Translations under genes and position numbers: made by a program
Origin: Octopus bimaculoides
Lineage: Eukaryota
Direction of reading: 5' to 3'
DNA: 64,000 nucleotides
Assembly (NCBI RefSeq): GCF_001194135.2
Contig: NC_068997.1
Location: forward strand, 6,778,931 to 6,842,930
Shown here: positions 12,501-23,178 of the stretch, one piece after another
How the letters are laid out: each line of letters opens with the position of its first letter
How positions within the stretch are numbered: the stretch's first letter is position 1
Notes under the pieces: generated by a model
The model's database searches: none
Told to the model about the DNA's origin: nothing
Seen by the model: only the letters and a program-made list of their open reading frames with translations

Positions 12501-15500
12501 CTGTCAGGTGTTGTACTAATTCTAGGTACTCGTTTCTACTCTAAGCACAAGGCTCAAAATTTTGGGGGAAGGGGCCAGTCGATTAGATCGATCCCAGTAC
12601 GCAACTGGTACTTAATTTATCGACCCCAAAAGGATGAAAGGCAAAGTCGACCTCGGCGGAAATTGAACTCAGAACATAAAGACAGACGAAATACCACTAA
12701 GCATTCCGCCCGGTGTGCTAACGTTTCTGCCAGCTCACCGCCTTTAGCAATTCTAGGTATTAGAACGGCTACTGGACAGAGAATAACTCTGTGAGAAGCT
12801 TCTCATACTGCAAATAATCAGCTGTATTCCTTAACAAAAAGACTGAACTTTCATTTTGCTTTCATCAACGGAACTCATTGTTAGCTAATNNNNNNNNNNN
12901 NNNNNNNNNNNNNNNNNNNNNNNNNNNNNNNNNNNNNNNNNNNNNNNNNNNNNNNNNNNNNNNNNNNNNNNNNNNNNNNNNNNNNNNNNNNNNNNNNNNN
13001 NNNNNNNNNNNNNNNNNNNNNNNNNNNNNNNNNNNNNNNNNNNNNNNNNNNNNNNNNNNNNNNNNNNNNNNNNNNNNNNNNNNNNNNNNNNNNNNNNNNN
13101 NNNNNNNNNNNNNNNNNNNNNNNNNNNNNNNNNNNNNNNNNNNNNNNNNNNNNNNNNNNNNNNNNNNNNNNNNNNNNNNNNNNNNNNNNNNNNNNNNNNN
13201 NNNNNNNNNNNNNNNNNNNNNNNNNNNNNNNNNNNNNNNNNNNNNNNNNNNNNNNNNNNNNNNNNNNNNNNNNNNNNNNNNNNNNNNNNNNNNNNNNNNN
13301 NNNNNNNNNNNNNNNNNNNNNNNNNNNNNNNNNNNNNNNNNNNNNNNNNNNNTATATATATATACAGCTGATGTGTTACGGCAAAGGATGTAAGCGTTGG
13401 CGGCAAATGGTGCTCTTGCTTCTTGAAAGAAGTTAAAGCAACGAATTACAGTCATTTCATTGTTACTATCACCATCAGAAATGCCGTGAATCAATGATTT
13501 GTGAGTTAGAAACATGTAACCAACGACAACATTATTCACAAATTGCAATATAAATAAAGTGAAAATTTCGTGAGCTAGAAACGAATTGACAGTAGATCGT
13601 GGACTTGGTTTGGGTTAATGAATAATCTCAACTCAACGAGCATGCTCACGTCGCATAAACATTCTCAAGGAGATAAAAGAAACATTGAAATAGTTGTTAA
13701 ATAACCGCAGATGAGATTCATATTAAATAACAGATACCATATTTTAATTCGTTCCACAGCAACATACACGACTCCGGATGATTACTGCCGGATTAGGTAC
13801 GGCAAAGGTTTCTCTTATATTGATTTATATCCGAAATATGTGAGTATATTTACTATTATGTAAATCTTAAAAACTTTATTCATTTCTTTCCCACTAACTC
13901 ATTTGATATTTAATCTTTAAAAATATATGCATGTATGTATGTATGTATGTATGTATATATATGTGTGTGTGTTTTATATATATATATATTTGTATACTCT
14001 TCAGAAATGTGGAATAATTTCGTGTGCCTACTTGGAAAAAGGAAACCAGTATGGGCGAATTAGAATCGACACGGGAGGGACAAATGGTCTTTCCTGCGGG
14101 CCACAAATGGTGAGTTATGTCTTTCACTCGATTCCTGTTTAACATGTATTTAAGAAACATTGCTAAACTTCACTACAGCATTGCAAAACTGTCATAGCCA
14201 GATCCCTGAGTATTAACAGAAACTCTACTAAATGGATTCCAAGCTTTTGAAATGTAGGTATGTATGCGTGCCTGTGTGCGTGTACACTTTCAATTAAATT
14301 GACCCAGTTCTTCACTATGAATTTTATCGAATCAGAACCATGTAACACAAAGCGATGAATACATTCCAAGTGTGTTTTTCTGGCGGGAATATAACTCATA
14401 ATTTAACTTTATTCAAGTCTGAATCTGCAAAAAAACTATCTTCTCTTATCATTATATCATAGCAATTATAGCAAGGGGTACTAAGCGAGAATAGACTCTT
14501 CCATTTCAGCAGATACCTTTTCGTTCTTTCTTTCTTTTTTTTTTGAACCCCAGTGGTTTTAAAAGACAACTTTATAAACAGATTTTCATGGAAGATATCT
14601 GTAAACTTGAGTTTATTTATCTTTTCACAATTAAGGTCAGTGTATTAGCGAATGCCGTTCTAACACTCTCTCGATTTACCTGCTGACAATTTAGGTTTGC
14701 CGTCCAAATAAGCGTTGTGAGAGTTTGAACGAAACTAATTTCTGGGCATCAGCTCCTGTGATAACAGGTGGTTGGAGTGCATGGAGTTCTTATTCACCCT
14801 GTGATCGAAAGTGTGGAACAGGCGTTACATTGTCCACACGACAATGTAACAATCCCAAGTAAGTAAATTTATTTGAAATTTATTTATCTAACCTGATGCA
14901 AGACATATCACTAATTTTCTGAGATTCTTATCTGACTTGAAACAAGCTGCTGACTTCCTAAGTCAACCTTTATAAATATGTGCTGATCTGTTTGAACACG
15001 CGAAACATTCTTCTTACTCCTACAAGAAACTTACTTGAAGTGTTTTTACAACTGCTGTAAGTTAATAATGTATCTCATCCTTAGACGGCTGTTGAACTTC
15101 AGCCATTATTGAGCAGACCTTTAGCATAAAGCTGGTCGGTCGATCGTCTCAAAATCCATTGTTTCAGATATACTAAGTTTCAGCGTAATTCAGGACTTGG
15201 TTCAAAAAATAAATGATTTTTTGAACCAGTTGAAGTCACACGAGATGTCGAAATATTGTTCACTAGATAACAAATGGTACTCTTCTTTTAATTTTGACTC
15301 TATATCTTCAGGAGGAGTTACCTCAATCCTTTCTATATTATTATTATTAATAATAATAATATTATAATAATAATAACAGTATGTATTGCAAAAGTCAACA
15401 TTACTTGGAACTGCACGCGTATTACGTTAAGTACTGTTTATCTGAAATCCCCCGGTAGATACATCTTCAATCAACAACCTCACGATATTGTATACTGTGC

Positions 15501-16526
15501 GACGACTATAATAATAATAATAATAATAATAATAATGGTTTCAAACTTTGGTACAAGGCCAGCAAGTTTGGGGAAGGGGTTGAGTCGATTAAATCGACTC
15601 CAGTTTTCAACTGGTCCTTATTATATCGATCTCGAAAGGATGAAAGACAAAATTCCTTTCCAGTTCAAATAGTTATTATTACCATCCTTGCCACAACCAC
15701 TAACATTGTCTTCATCATCATTAATCGATCTTCCAGAATCATTAGTACGCCGGACAAAATGTTTAGCAGCATTTCGACCGTCTTTATGTTCTGAGTTAAA
15801 ATTCCGCCGAGGCCGACTTTGCCTTTCATCCTTTTTGAGAGTCGATAAATTAAGTACCAGTTGGACATTTGAGTAATCGACTTGCCCACTCCTCTGAAAT
15901 TGCTGGCTTTGTGCCAAAATAGGAAGCAATAAAACAATTATTATCATTATTACCATCCTCGCCACAACTACTACCACACTCATTATTATTCATATAATAA
16001 CATAATAATAATAAAATAATAATAATCATTTCTACTTTAAGTCCAAAGCCTGAAATTTGAGAGAGTGGGGTAGCTACACGATTATACTGATCCCAATGGT
16101 TTAGCTGTTAGAAACTTTTTCAAAACTTTAATTTAGAAACTGTTGAAAAAAAAAATGAGTGGAAATAGGGATTGAGTTTGCACACGTGTTTTATAGAAGC
16201 TGGTCCTCATTAATTAAATAACTATCTTAGCTGAAGACGACAAAGAAATGAAACCTTTGTTTTATATTTGCAGACCAGTTGGAACTGAATGGTGCAGAGG
16301 AAGCAGTGTCCGAGCCAAATTGTGTAATACCCATGTACGTACTATTATAATACTATATAAGTCATGTGTCGCTTATACTGTTTGACTAGCATATTATTAA
16401 ATGCCCTGTCGGGCTGAATAGCGAATAATCTCTGTACACTTAATTGCACAATATTTTCCGTGATCATCGATTTGATGATCAACTTCAAGTAATTCCAATT
16501 TAAAAATACTTATAAAAACCACATTT

Positions 16527-16567
<41 letters not shown>

Positions 16568-19500
16568 TAGAATTTGTAAAAGTCTTCTAGAGACAGACTT
16601 TAATAATTACTTTCTTTTAGTAAAAGTTACATATTGCAAACTAATTACTAATTTATAAGCAACTTTCTTTATTATAGTATAATGATAGTATTTAATACGT
16701 GTGTGTATATANNNNNNNNNNNNNNNNNNNNNNNNNNNNNNNNNNNNNNNNNNNNNNNNNNNNNNNNNNNNNNNNNNNNNNNNNNNNNNNNNNNNNNNNN
16801 NNNNNNNNNNNNNNNNNNNNNNNNNNNNNNNNNNNNNNNNNNNNNNNNNNNNNNNNNNNNNNNNNNNNNNNNNNNNNNNNNNNNNNNNNNNNNNNNNNNN
16901 NNNNNNNNNNNNNNNNNNNNNNNNNNNNNNNNNNNNNNNNNNNNNNNNNNNNNNNNNNNNNNNNNNNNNNNNNNNNNNNNNNNNNNNNNNNNNNNNNNNN
17001 NNNNNNNNNNNNNNNNNNNNNNNNNNNNNNNNNNNNNNNNNNNNNNNNNNNNNNNNNNNNNNNNNNNNNNNNNNNNNNNNNNNNNNNNNNNNNNNNNNNN
17101 NNNNNNNNNNNNNNNNNNNNNNNNNNNNNNNNNNNNNNNNNNNNNNNNNNNNNNNNNNNNNNNNNNNNNNNNNNNNNNNNNNNNNNNNNNNNNNNNNNNN
17201 NNNNNNNNNNNNNNNNNNNNNNNNNNNNNNNNNNNNNNNNNNNNNNNNNNNNNNNNNNNNNNNNNNNNNNNNNNNNNNNNNNNNNNNNNNNNNNNNNNNN
17301 NNNNNNNNNNNNNNNNNNNNNNNNNNNNNNNNNNNNNNNNNNNNNNNNNNNNNNNNNNNNNNNNNNNNNNNNNNNNNNNNNNNNNNNNNNNNNNNNNNNN
17401 NNNNNNNNNNNNNNNNNNNNNNNNNNNNNNNNNNNNNNNNNNNNNNNNNNNNNNNNNNNNNNNNNNNNNNNNNNNNNNNNNNNNNNNNNNNNNNNNNNNN
17501 NNNNNNNNNNNNNNNNNNTGGGGAAAGGGGAAAATGTCTAAAAATATAACACAATTGCTCCACATCCTTTCTTGAGCACTCAATTACTAATGGGGTCGTA
17601 GGAGCACCATTGTGAAATGACGCGTGTCTTGTGCACTTTAAACCTGGCAGAGTCCCTTCCCTCTCCAATCGAATTTTCCATGAAAGAAGGATGAAGAGAA
17701 GAGTAGACTTCATTCAATTCTCACTGAATGTAGACTTCAGTGAGAATTGAATTCAGAGTGGAGGGTCAGAACGAATTCCTTAAGTCTTTCTCTCCGACGA
17801 TCCAACGACTCTGCTTACTCACCGATGATCGCTTCTATTTAATGCCTGATGGAAGAGAAAGTTTTAATTTATGTCGAATATTGTCTATATGTGAACAAAA
17901 AATTATTAAGGAAAAAATTAAAAAAAACCTAATTCTTCTATTTCTACATCTAACAGAACTTCGTTACTTCGTCCAATATCCACTTCGCTCAATTAAAGGT
18001 TTTGATGATCTTCATCGCCATTTCAACGTAAGTCCCTCGGAGTGTGCGTCTCTTTGTCTGAGAAATAATGATTGTCATTCTTTTGAATATAAAAGAGAAC
18101 ATCGAAAATGTGATCTTTCAACCAAAACAACGTCAAATCAAATGCTGAATGTGCAAGAGTATTGGGATCTGTATATACTGCCCTCACCAGGTGAGTTCTG
18201 TGTTGACCCTTTAGTATTCAGATTACGTCACAATGCTTATCAATCCACATTGATTTGAATTAATCAAGTATTATCATGCACCGTCAATATTTCTATGATG
18301 TGATTATTTAGTTTTAGACTGACATTGTAAGGTAGGTGTAAGAAGCCAGATCTGGCTGATTTAAACATAAAACAGGTAGAATATTTGGACTTGATATGGC
18401 TGGTTTAAATACAAAAGAGTTAAACTATTAGGTTGGCAACCGAGTTCCCGCCGTTTTATAAAATTTAAGGTTTTTAAAAGGTTTAATAAAAAATAACAAC
18501 TAATTAATCAATAATGTATTCACCCTTGTTGTTTACAACTTCTTCCCAACGTTTAACAAGATTTTCAATACCTCGTTGGTAGAAATCACCCGATTTCGAC
18601 TTGAAAAATTGATCCAGCTAAGCTCTCGATTCTGCATCAATATTGAGCGAAACTCCGCGCATAACATTTGAAAGAGATGGAACGAGGTGGAAATCCGTTG
18701 GTGCCAAATAAGAAGAGTACAGTGGATGTGGCAGCACTTCCCAGCCATGCGTTTGAGTGGCTTCCTTGGTCATATTGGCGATATGACGGTGGGTGTTATC
18801 GTGCAGCAGAAAAACGCCAACACAATAGTATTGGAGTTTCTTCTTTTGACCATTTTGTAAATTTCGGGTGAAATTGCAGCTATCTGCAGAAATTTAATTT
18901 AGCATGAAATAATAAAAGCAACAGTGAATGTAACTTTTTTGTAAACATCCCAACAAACATTTGAATATAATCCAGTAGACATTTGTATAAATAAAGTATT
19001 TATAATTTTATTGATACAGATTTCCATATTTACAACCATTCACATAAATTTAGAAATCTAGAAAGTATCTCAGATAGAAAGCTGCATTTAAGTTTGATAA
19101 CAAACTGTTCAATTATGGTGTTATATTGTAAATTAATATAAGAGCTGTCTCCACTGAATATGTCGATGCGAACAAATGGGTCCGCAATACCATCACAGCA
19201 GCGTATTCTAAAGTCTCAGTACAGGAATATAGACAAGAAACGAAGAACGGTTGACCGTAACATATCAACAGTTATTTCGAGATGAACATAAATTAATGAG
19301 ATTTATAAATTGATTTGTTGTGAGGAGTGAAAAAAATCTAAGGTTTTGGCAACTCGTTTATCTTTCAAGAGAGTGAAAGCGGGTATCAAGGGAGAGAGAG
19401 GGGGAAAGAGAGGAGGAGAGTAATATTAGTACATGACAGTATCATCATGTTAGAAAATAACGTGTAAGTCCGAGATTAATAGTTATTATGTTGTTTCTTT

Positions 19501-21387
19501 CCTAAATTGAAACCTCTGAAATATCTTCGGCGATTACTCATTTCCATTCCTCTTTGTGATTTTTTAGTCAGCGATCTATTTAAATACATTCCTAAACACT
19601 CCATCTACGGATATGACGACTTGGGCCGGATTTTCAATGCAACTGTCGAAGACTGTGCAAGAGAATGTCTTAAAAATCGATCTTGTAGGTCATTTGAATA
19701 CAAACCACAACAATCGAAGTGTGATCTATCCACAGTGACAAGTAAGGAAAAACCAATCACCACAAAGGCAGATTGGGACCATTACGAAATAGATGAGGAC
19801 GGTAAGTTACCGAAACAAATTCATTTCTTTCAATAATAATAATAATAATAACAGTTATTTAGAAAAACCCTGGCAAAACGTTTTGGGAAAGATTAAATAT
19901 AAGTGAAAGAAAAACAATAAATCTTTTACCGCAAACCCATTTGATTATCATTATATTTCAAGTAGAACCCCCGTCCCTACTTCAGTCAAAGTATGAAGAG
20001 GAAATGAAAACGCTCTGGTCTCTCGTTACTCTGTTAGTTATAGTAACAATAACAACATGGAGGTATGCAAATTAACAGCGTGTCGCCGCATCCACCATTT
20101 GTTGGTGATCCCCTACTCCTGGTGGATGTCACCTTTACACCACTCAAACGACAACCATGGTTCTATTGGGGTAATCGTTGCCGGCGAGGATTTTACGAGG
20201 TCCGAGTGCAAATCTCACGTGAACTTCTTTTAGTCACCTTTTATGACATCAGAGGAAACGTAGGGTCTATTCTTTGACAATGCCGACCCTGACAAACGTG
20301 AGGACACATGGCATTGCGTTTAAAATATTGCGCTCACGATCGCGCGCGAGATCGTGGTTTAAATTCTTGGACCGAGTAATGAGTTGTGTTCTTGAGCAAA
20401 ACATTTCATCTCACGTTGTTCTGCGACACCTGACGTGTGGTACACCGTGGACCTGTTCAGGTAAATTCGATTTGATGGAGGGATCGATCACAATAAATGA
20501 AATATTTGTGCAGGTTGTTCAGAAAAGAGTTGCAGAATCGTCTTTCTCGGATTATGGGAGGAGGCTACCGTCATGGTGGCTGTCGAGACGTTGAACTACT
20601 AATGACCATCACTGATAAACAATCGTTTAAGTTTTTTCCTCTAGTAAGCATACGGCCTACAATGGCTTTTAAAGCTGGTAACTGACTTAGAATTGTTGCT
20701 GCCGAAGCAGTATTCATATTCCTGTGTTGCAACTAGATGCTTGTTTTGTAAAGCACCTTGATCGAGTACTTTCGTTTACTCTGTGAGCCTAGCTCAGCTG
20801 AAAGATTCCCGACCATTTGGATCACATATTTTTCTGCTGGAAATTCGGTGTATTCAACTCGAGGCCTTTCAGCGTGTTTATGTCGGTGATTTGTGAGGCT
20901 AATCCTGGAGAGGCACAGTTCGCATTCGTTTCACACAAATCGTGGGACTGCTGGACCAATAGATTCTCTTTTCCTGGCTCCTCATTATACATTAGCCCAT
21001 TCTAATGAAGATTTCTGAAACTTCTGGGCACTATTGATTATTTATGTGTGCCAATTACTTCTTTTAAGCACTGAAGACTCCTAGTCAGTTGTTTCAATCT
21101 TGTATTGAGTCAGAGAACATTTTACACAATCCTTATACATATTCCCACATAAATCTGCTCTAAGAAACAAGAGCAACTGTTAACAAATTTTGACTTTCTT
21201 TTTTTGTTTATTTTAAAATCTTTTCAATCAAACAGATAAAAAGATCGGCAAAGAAGGTTTATGTGAAGTAGAATGTGATCTTACCAGTCAGTCTAACGAA
21301 GGGGCTTCCGGACATATTGCTTTAATGCCTGATGGAACTCCTTGTAACATAAATTCCCAATGGCGCTGTCTACGAGGAAAATGTGTT
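514..21387 (+). CDS. Gene A: ADAMTS-like M12B metalloprotease with two PAN/Apple domains inserted in the Cys-rich domain (spliced; 5' signal exon upstream of window, terminal exon unresolved)
   Basis: Exons 514-568, 2576-2624, 3231-3480, 5385-5499, 7017-7171, 7305-7391, 8647-8747, 10306-10431, 11120-11245, 11894-11994, 13760-13839, 14005-14109, 14695-14858, 16274-16334, [one exon predicted in gap 16712-17518], 17957-18190, 19568-19801, 21236-21387. All have AG/GT boundaries with compatible phases. Motifs: [45 protein letters not shown]. Exon lengths mirror gene B. Confidence 0.9.
2284..2484. mobile_element. MITE/foldback element with about 75-bp imperfect TIRs
   Basis: AATATTTAGCAGAAGTAAC...CTAGTTGCAG and its reverse complement enclose a roughly 50-bp spacer. 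Confidence 0.8.
2576..2624 (+). CDS. Gene A micro-exon ([17 protein letters not shown]), phase 1-2
   Basis: aaag|AT...CC|gtaagt. Bridges the phase 1 and phase 2 neighbours; TEFF is shared with paralog exon 46372-46426. Confidence 0.7.
2915..3030 (-). mobile_element. SINE family 2, 5' part
   Basis: Near-identical to 12620-12745. Confidence 0.8.
3231..3480 (+). CDS. Gene A prodomain exon (YNSGPSQ...[23 protein letters not shown])
   Basis: ttcag| acceptor, |gtaagt donor; reprolysin propeptide CxxxG...SLSxCxGL motif. Confidence 0.9.
5385..5499 (+). CDS. Gene A prodomain exon ([16 protein letters not shown]...)
   Basis: ccag|CAC...G|gtaaat; 115 nt, as in paralog exon 43706-43820. Confidence 0.88.
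7017..7171 (+). CDS. Gene A exon, start of catalytic domain (...[14 protein letters not shown]...AWNT)
   Basis: Frame-continuous; ExxxxxD strand motif of reprolysins; |gtaagt donor. Confidence 0.88.
7305..7391 (+). CDS. Gene A catalytic exon ([29 protein letters not shown])
   Basis: tcag|GTT...CCA|gtaagt; 87 nt, homologous to 42048-42134. Confidence 0.88.
8050..8137. repeat. Tandem duplication, about 44 bp x2
   Basis: GCTCAATTAGTATGAACCTATCAACC..TGAAAGGTCGATA occurs twice. Confidence 0.85.
8647..8747 (+). CDS. Gene A catalytic exon (SWYKTNSF...[19 protein letters not shown])
   Basis: ttcag| acceptor, |gtgagt donor; CxWA...DHIHIV shared with the paralog. Confidence 0.88.
9518..9573. repeat. 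14-bp minisatellite x4 in a GC-rich repeat-like segment
   Basis: CTTCCG(A/G)TCTG(A/G)C(A/C/T) repeated. Confidence 0.85.
10306..10431 (+). CDS. Gene A zinc-site exon (...[18 protein letters not shown]...TLSHEIAH)
   Basis: HExxH motif preceded by the typical LGLA..G..C...C pattern; 126 nt. Confidence 0.93.
10987..11056. repeat. 20-bp minisatellite x3.5
   Basis: AAATCTTGTTATAATT(T/C)TTT repeated. Confidence 0.85.
11120..11245 (+). CDS. Gene A exon with third zinc His and Met-turn ([11 protein letters not shown]...GVMG...WSVC)
   Basis: tcag|T ATT...CG|gtaat; HD, Met-turn and WSxC motifs. Confidence 0.92.
11894..11994 (+). CDS. Gene A exon (GKGKCMQEE...GLLP), end of catalytic domain
   Basis: Frame-continuous; homologous to 35631-35737. 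Confidence 0.88.
12529..12748 (-). mobile_element. tRNA-derived SINE (family 2)
   Basis: Core GAAAGGCAAAGTCGACCTCGGCGGAA.TTGAACTCAGAAC; TSD AATTCTAGGTA at 12518 and 12749. Confidence 0.85.
13760..13839 (+). CDS. Gene A disintegrin-like exon 1 ([14 protein letters not shown]...)
   Basis: acag| acceptor, |gtgagt donor; 80 nt as in the paralog. Confidence 0.87.
14005..14109 (+). CDS. Gene A disintegrin-like exon 2 (KCGIISC...NGLSCGPQM)
   Basis: tcag| acceptor, |gtgagt donor; 105 nt as in the paralog. Confidence 0.88.
14695..14858 (+). CDS. Gene A TSP1 exon 1 (VCRPNKRC...[30 protein letters not shown])
   Basis: WxxW..C...C.G...R.R.C thrombospondin type 1 motif; |gtaagt donor. Confidence 0.93.
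15535..15930. mobile_element. Two oppositely oriented SINE family 2 copies (about 15535-15660 minus, 15720-15930 plus)
   Basis: Shared core and tail sequences; a roughly 25-bp duplication TTATTACCATCCT.GCCACAAC flanks the plus copy. Confidence 0.75.
16274..16334 (+). CDS. Gene A TSP1 exon 2 ([20 protein letters not shown])
   Basis: gcag| acceptor, |gtacgt donor; 61 nt as in the paralog. Confidence 0.88.
16712..17518. other. Assembly gap (807 N), predicted to hide one gene A exon
   Basis: Phase 0 to phase 1 mismatch between exons 16274-16334 and 17957-18190; the paralog has a 142-nt exon at this position. Confidence 0.8.
17957..18190 (+). CDS. Gene A PAN/Apple domain exon 1
   Basis: 234 nt, phase 1-1; CASLC...CHSFEY...CDLS...WDLY is the PAN C-x3-C...C-x-SFxY...C pattern. 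Confidence 0.92.
18428..18890 (-). mobile_element. Tc1/mariner 3' remnant with TIR
   Basis: Minus-strand translation ...[34 protein letters not shown] (mariner C-terminus); 29-bp TIR at 18428-18456 with flanking TA. Confidence 0.82.
19568..19801 (+). CDS. Gene A PAN/Apple domain exon 2
   Basis: 234 nt, phase 1-1; [16 protein letters not shown]...CDLS...WDHYE. Confidence 0.92.
20300..20480 (+). mobile_element. Old tRNA-derived SINE fragment
   Basis: Degenerate head followed by GTGTTCTTGAGCAAAACATTTCAT, related to family 1. Confidence 0.5.
21236..21387 (+). CDS. Gene A Cys-rich domain exon (LCEVEC...PDGTPC...WRCLRGKCV)
   Basis: ADAMTS Cys-rich CxxxC...DGTxC...CxxGxC motif; phase 1-0; |gtaagt donor. 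Confidence 0.9.
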
Positions 21388-21593
21388 GTAAGTATACTAT
21401 ATTCGGGTTTACGATGCACTGCTATCAACACATTCAAATACCAATATTTGGGTTCCTGTTTTAAAACAGTTTGCTTAGGTATTCATTCTATTATCTCAGA
21501 AACTATTGTTACTAGAAAGTTTATTTTTGAAAATATTTAACTAAATGAAAGAAATATTTTTCTTGACAGTCTGCTTTTATCTAACAAGTTATT

Positions 21594-21635
<42 letters not shown>

Positions 21636-22293
21636 AAATTTAGTAGGATATTAAAATACGACTTGCTATAAACAGAGCTGTCGCTATAAAACCACAAATT
21701 ACTCACTATTAAAATACACACGGCGAATACAACAAATATAACAGAAATAGGCTTACCTTGTATGAACTACAGAAGTTAAGAATGCATATATTCCAAGATG
21801 AATTGATTTCACTTTCTGTATGAAAAACATACTTAAGCTCTTCAGCCAGACTTAACGTAACAACATCTATTTCTGACATATTCATCACATTACACCGTGT
21901 GCGTTATTACATTTGAATGTGCCCTCGACATTCAAACACGAACATAACGTGAGCCAGTATATATAAAACTAAACAGGTATCATTACCATTATTAATAACA
22001 AGCAACACACAACAAGGAGAAAGAGACAAAAATAAAATAACACGTGTTAAATTTTTTTTCTTTTTCTAAAAGCGTTCAATGACGTTAACTGGAGTGTGGG
22101 GTTCGAGTAGACGTCATTCCACCTTTTGATTTATCATTACCATTCTTTTCATTCGATTTTATTTTTCCTCCACTTTTGTGTTCTTTCTGTCCTTGTGTTG
22201 TTCCCTCTGTGTTCCAAAATGATTAAAAAATAGAATTCTCGAAAAAAATAGATTCCAAAATCTAAAAACGCAATAAATTCCAATTTTTTTTTT

Positions 22294-22322
22294 AAACGGC
22301 GGGAACTTAGTTCCCAACCCAA
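22294..22322. mobile_element. Mariner TIR of the same family as 18428-18456, opposite orientation
   Basis: AAACGGCGGGAACTTAGTTCCCAACCCAA plus TA; 4 mismatches to the reverse complement of the other TIR. Confidence 0.75.
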
Positions 22323-22859
22323 TACATTAAATGGTATATATTTGGGCTGCTGTTATTAACATNNNNNNNNNNNNNNNNNNNNNNNNNNNNNNNNNNNNNN
22401 NNNNNNNNNNNNNNNNNNNNNNNNNNNNNNNNNNNNNNNNNNNNNNNNNNNNNNNNNNNNNNNNNNNNNNNNNNNNNNNNNNNNNNNNNNNNNNNNNNNN
22501 NNNNNNNNNNNNNNNNNNNNNNNNNNNNNNNNNNNNNNNNNNNNNNNNNNNNNNNNNNNNNNNNNNNNNNNNNNNNNNNNNNNNNNNNNNNNNNNNNNNN
22601 NNNNNNNNNNNNNNNNNNNNNNNNNNNNNNNNNNNNNNNNNNNNNNNNNNNNNNNNNNNNNNNNNNNNNNNNNNNNNNNNNNNNNNNNNNNNNNNNNNNN
22701 NNNNNNNNNNNNNNNNNNNNNNNNNNNNNNNNNNNNNNNNNNNNNNNNNNNNNNNNNNNNNNNNNNNNNNNNNNNNNNNNNNNNNNNNNNNNNNNNNNNN
22801 NNNNNNNNNNNNNNNNNNNNNNNNNNNNNNNNNNNNNNNNNNNNNNNNNNNNNNNNNNN

Positions 22860-22925
<66 letters not shown>

Positions 22926-22934
22926 CTCTTTTAC

Positions 22935-23115
22935 TTGTTTCAGTCATTTGGCTGCGACCATGCTGGAGCACTGCTTTAAAGGGTTTTAATCGAAGGAATC
23001 GACCCCAGGACTTATTCTTTGTAAACCTAGCATTTATTTTATTGGTGTCTTTTGCCGAACCTCTAGGTTACGGGAAATTAAAAAACACCAACATCGGCTG
23101 TCAGCGATAGTGGAA
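22935..23115. mobile_element. SINE-like dispersed repeat (family 3); related copies at about 8905-9110 and 33765-33880
   Basis: Shared GCTGCG.CCATGCTGGAGCAC.GC motif; ends in a (CA)n/(CT)n tract. Confidence 0.6.
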
Positions 23116-23147
23116 ACACAAAAACACACACACACACTCTGTCTGTC

Positions 23148-23178
<31 letters not shown>

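Noticed and set aside
12865-17713. Long ORFs in the track (e.g. 12865-13548, 16607-17713; likewise 22331-23110, 53116-54141, 55058-55592, 59954-60491)
   Set aside because: They are open only because they run through N-gaps.
19963-20032. Possible extra exon ([18 protein letters not shown]...) between PAN2 and the Cys-rich exon of gene A
   Set aside because: No donor gives the required phase 1. PAN2 already splices in frame to 21236, and the paralog has no counterpart.
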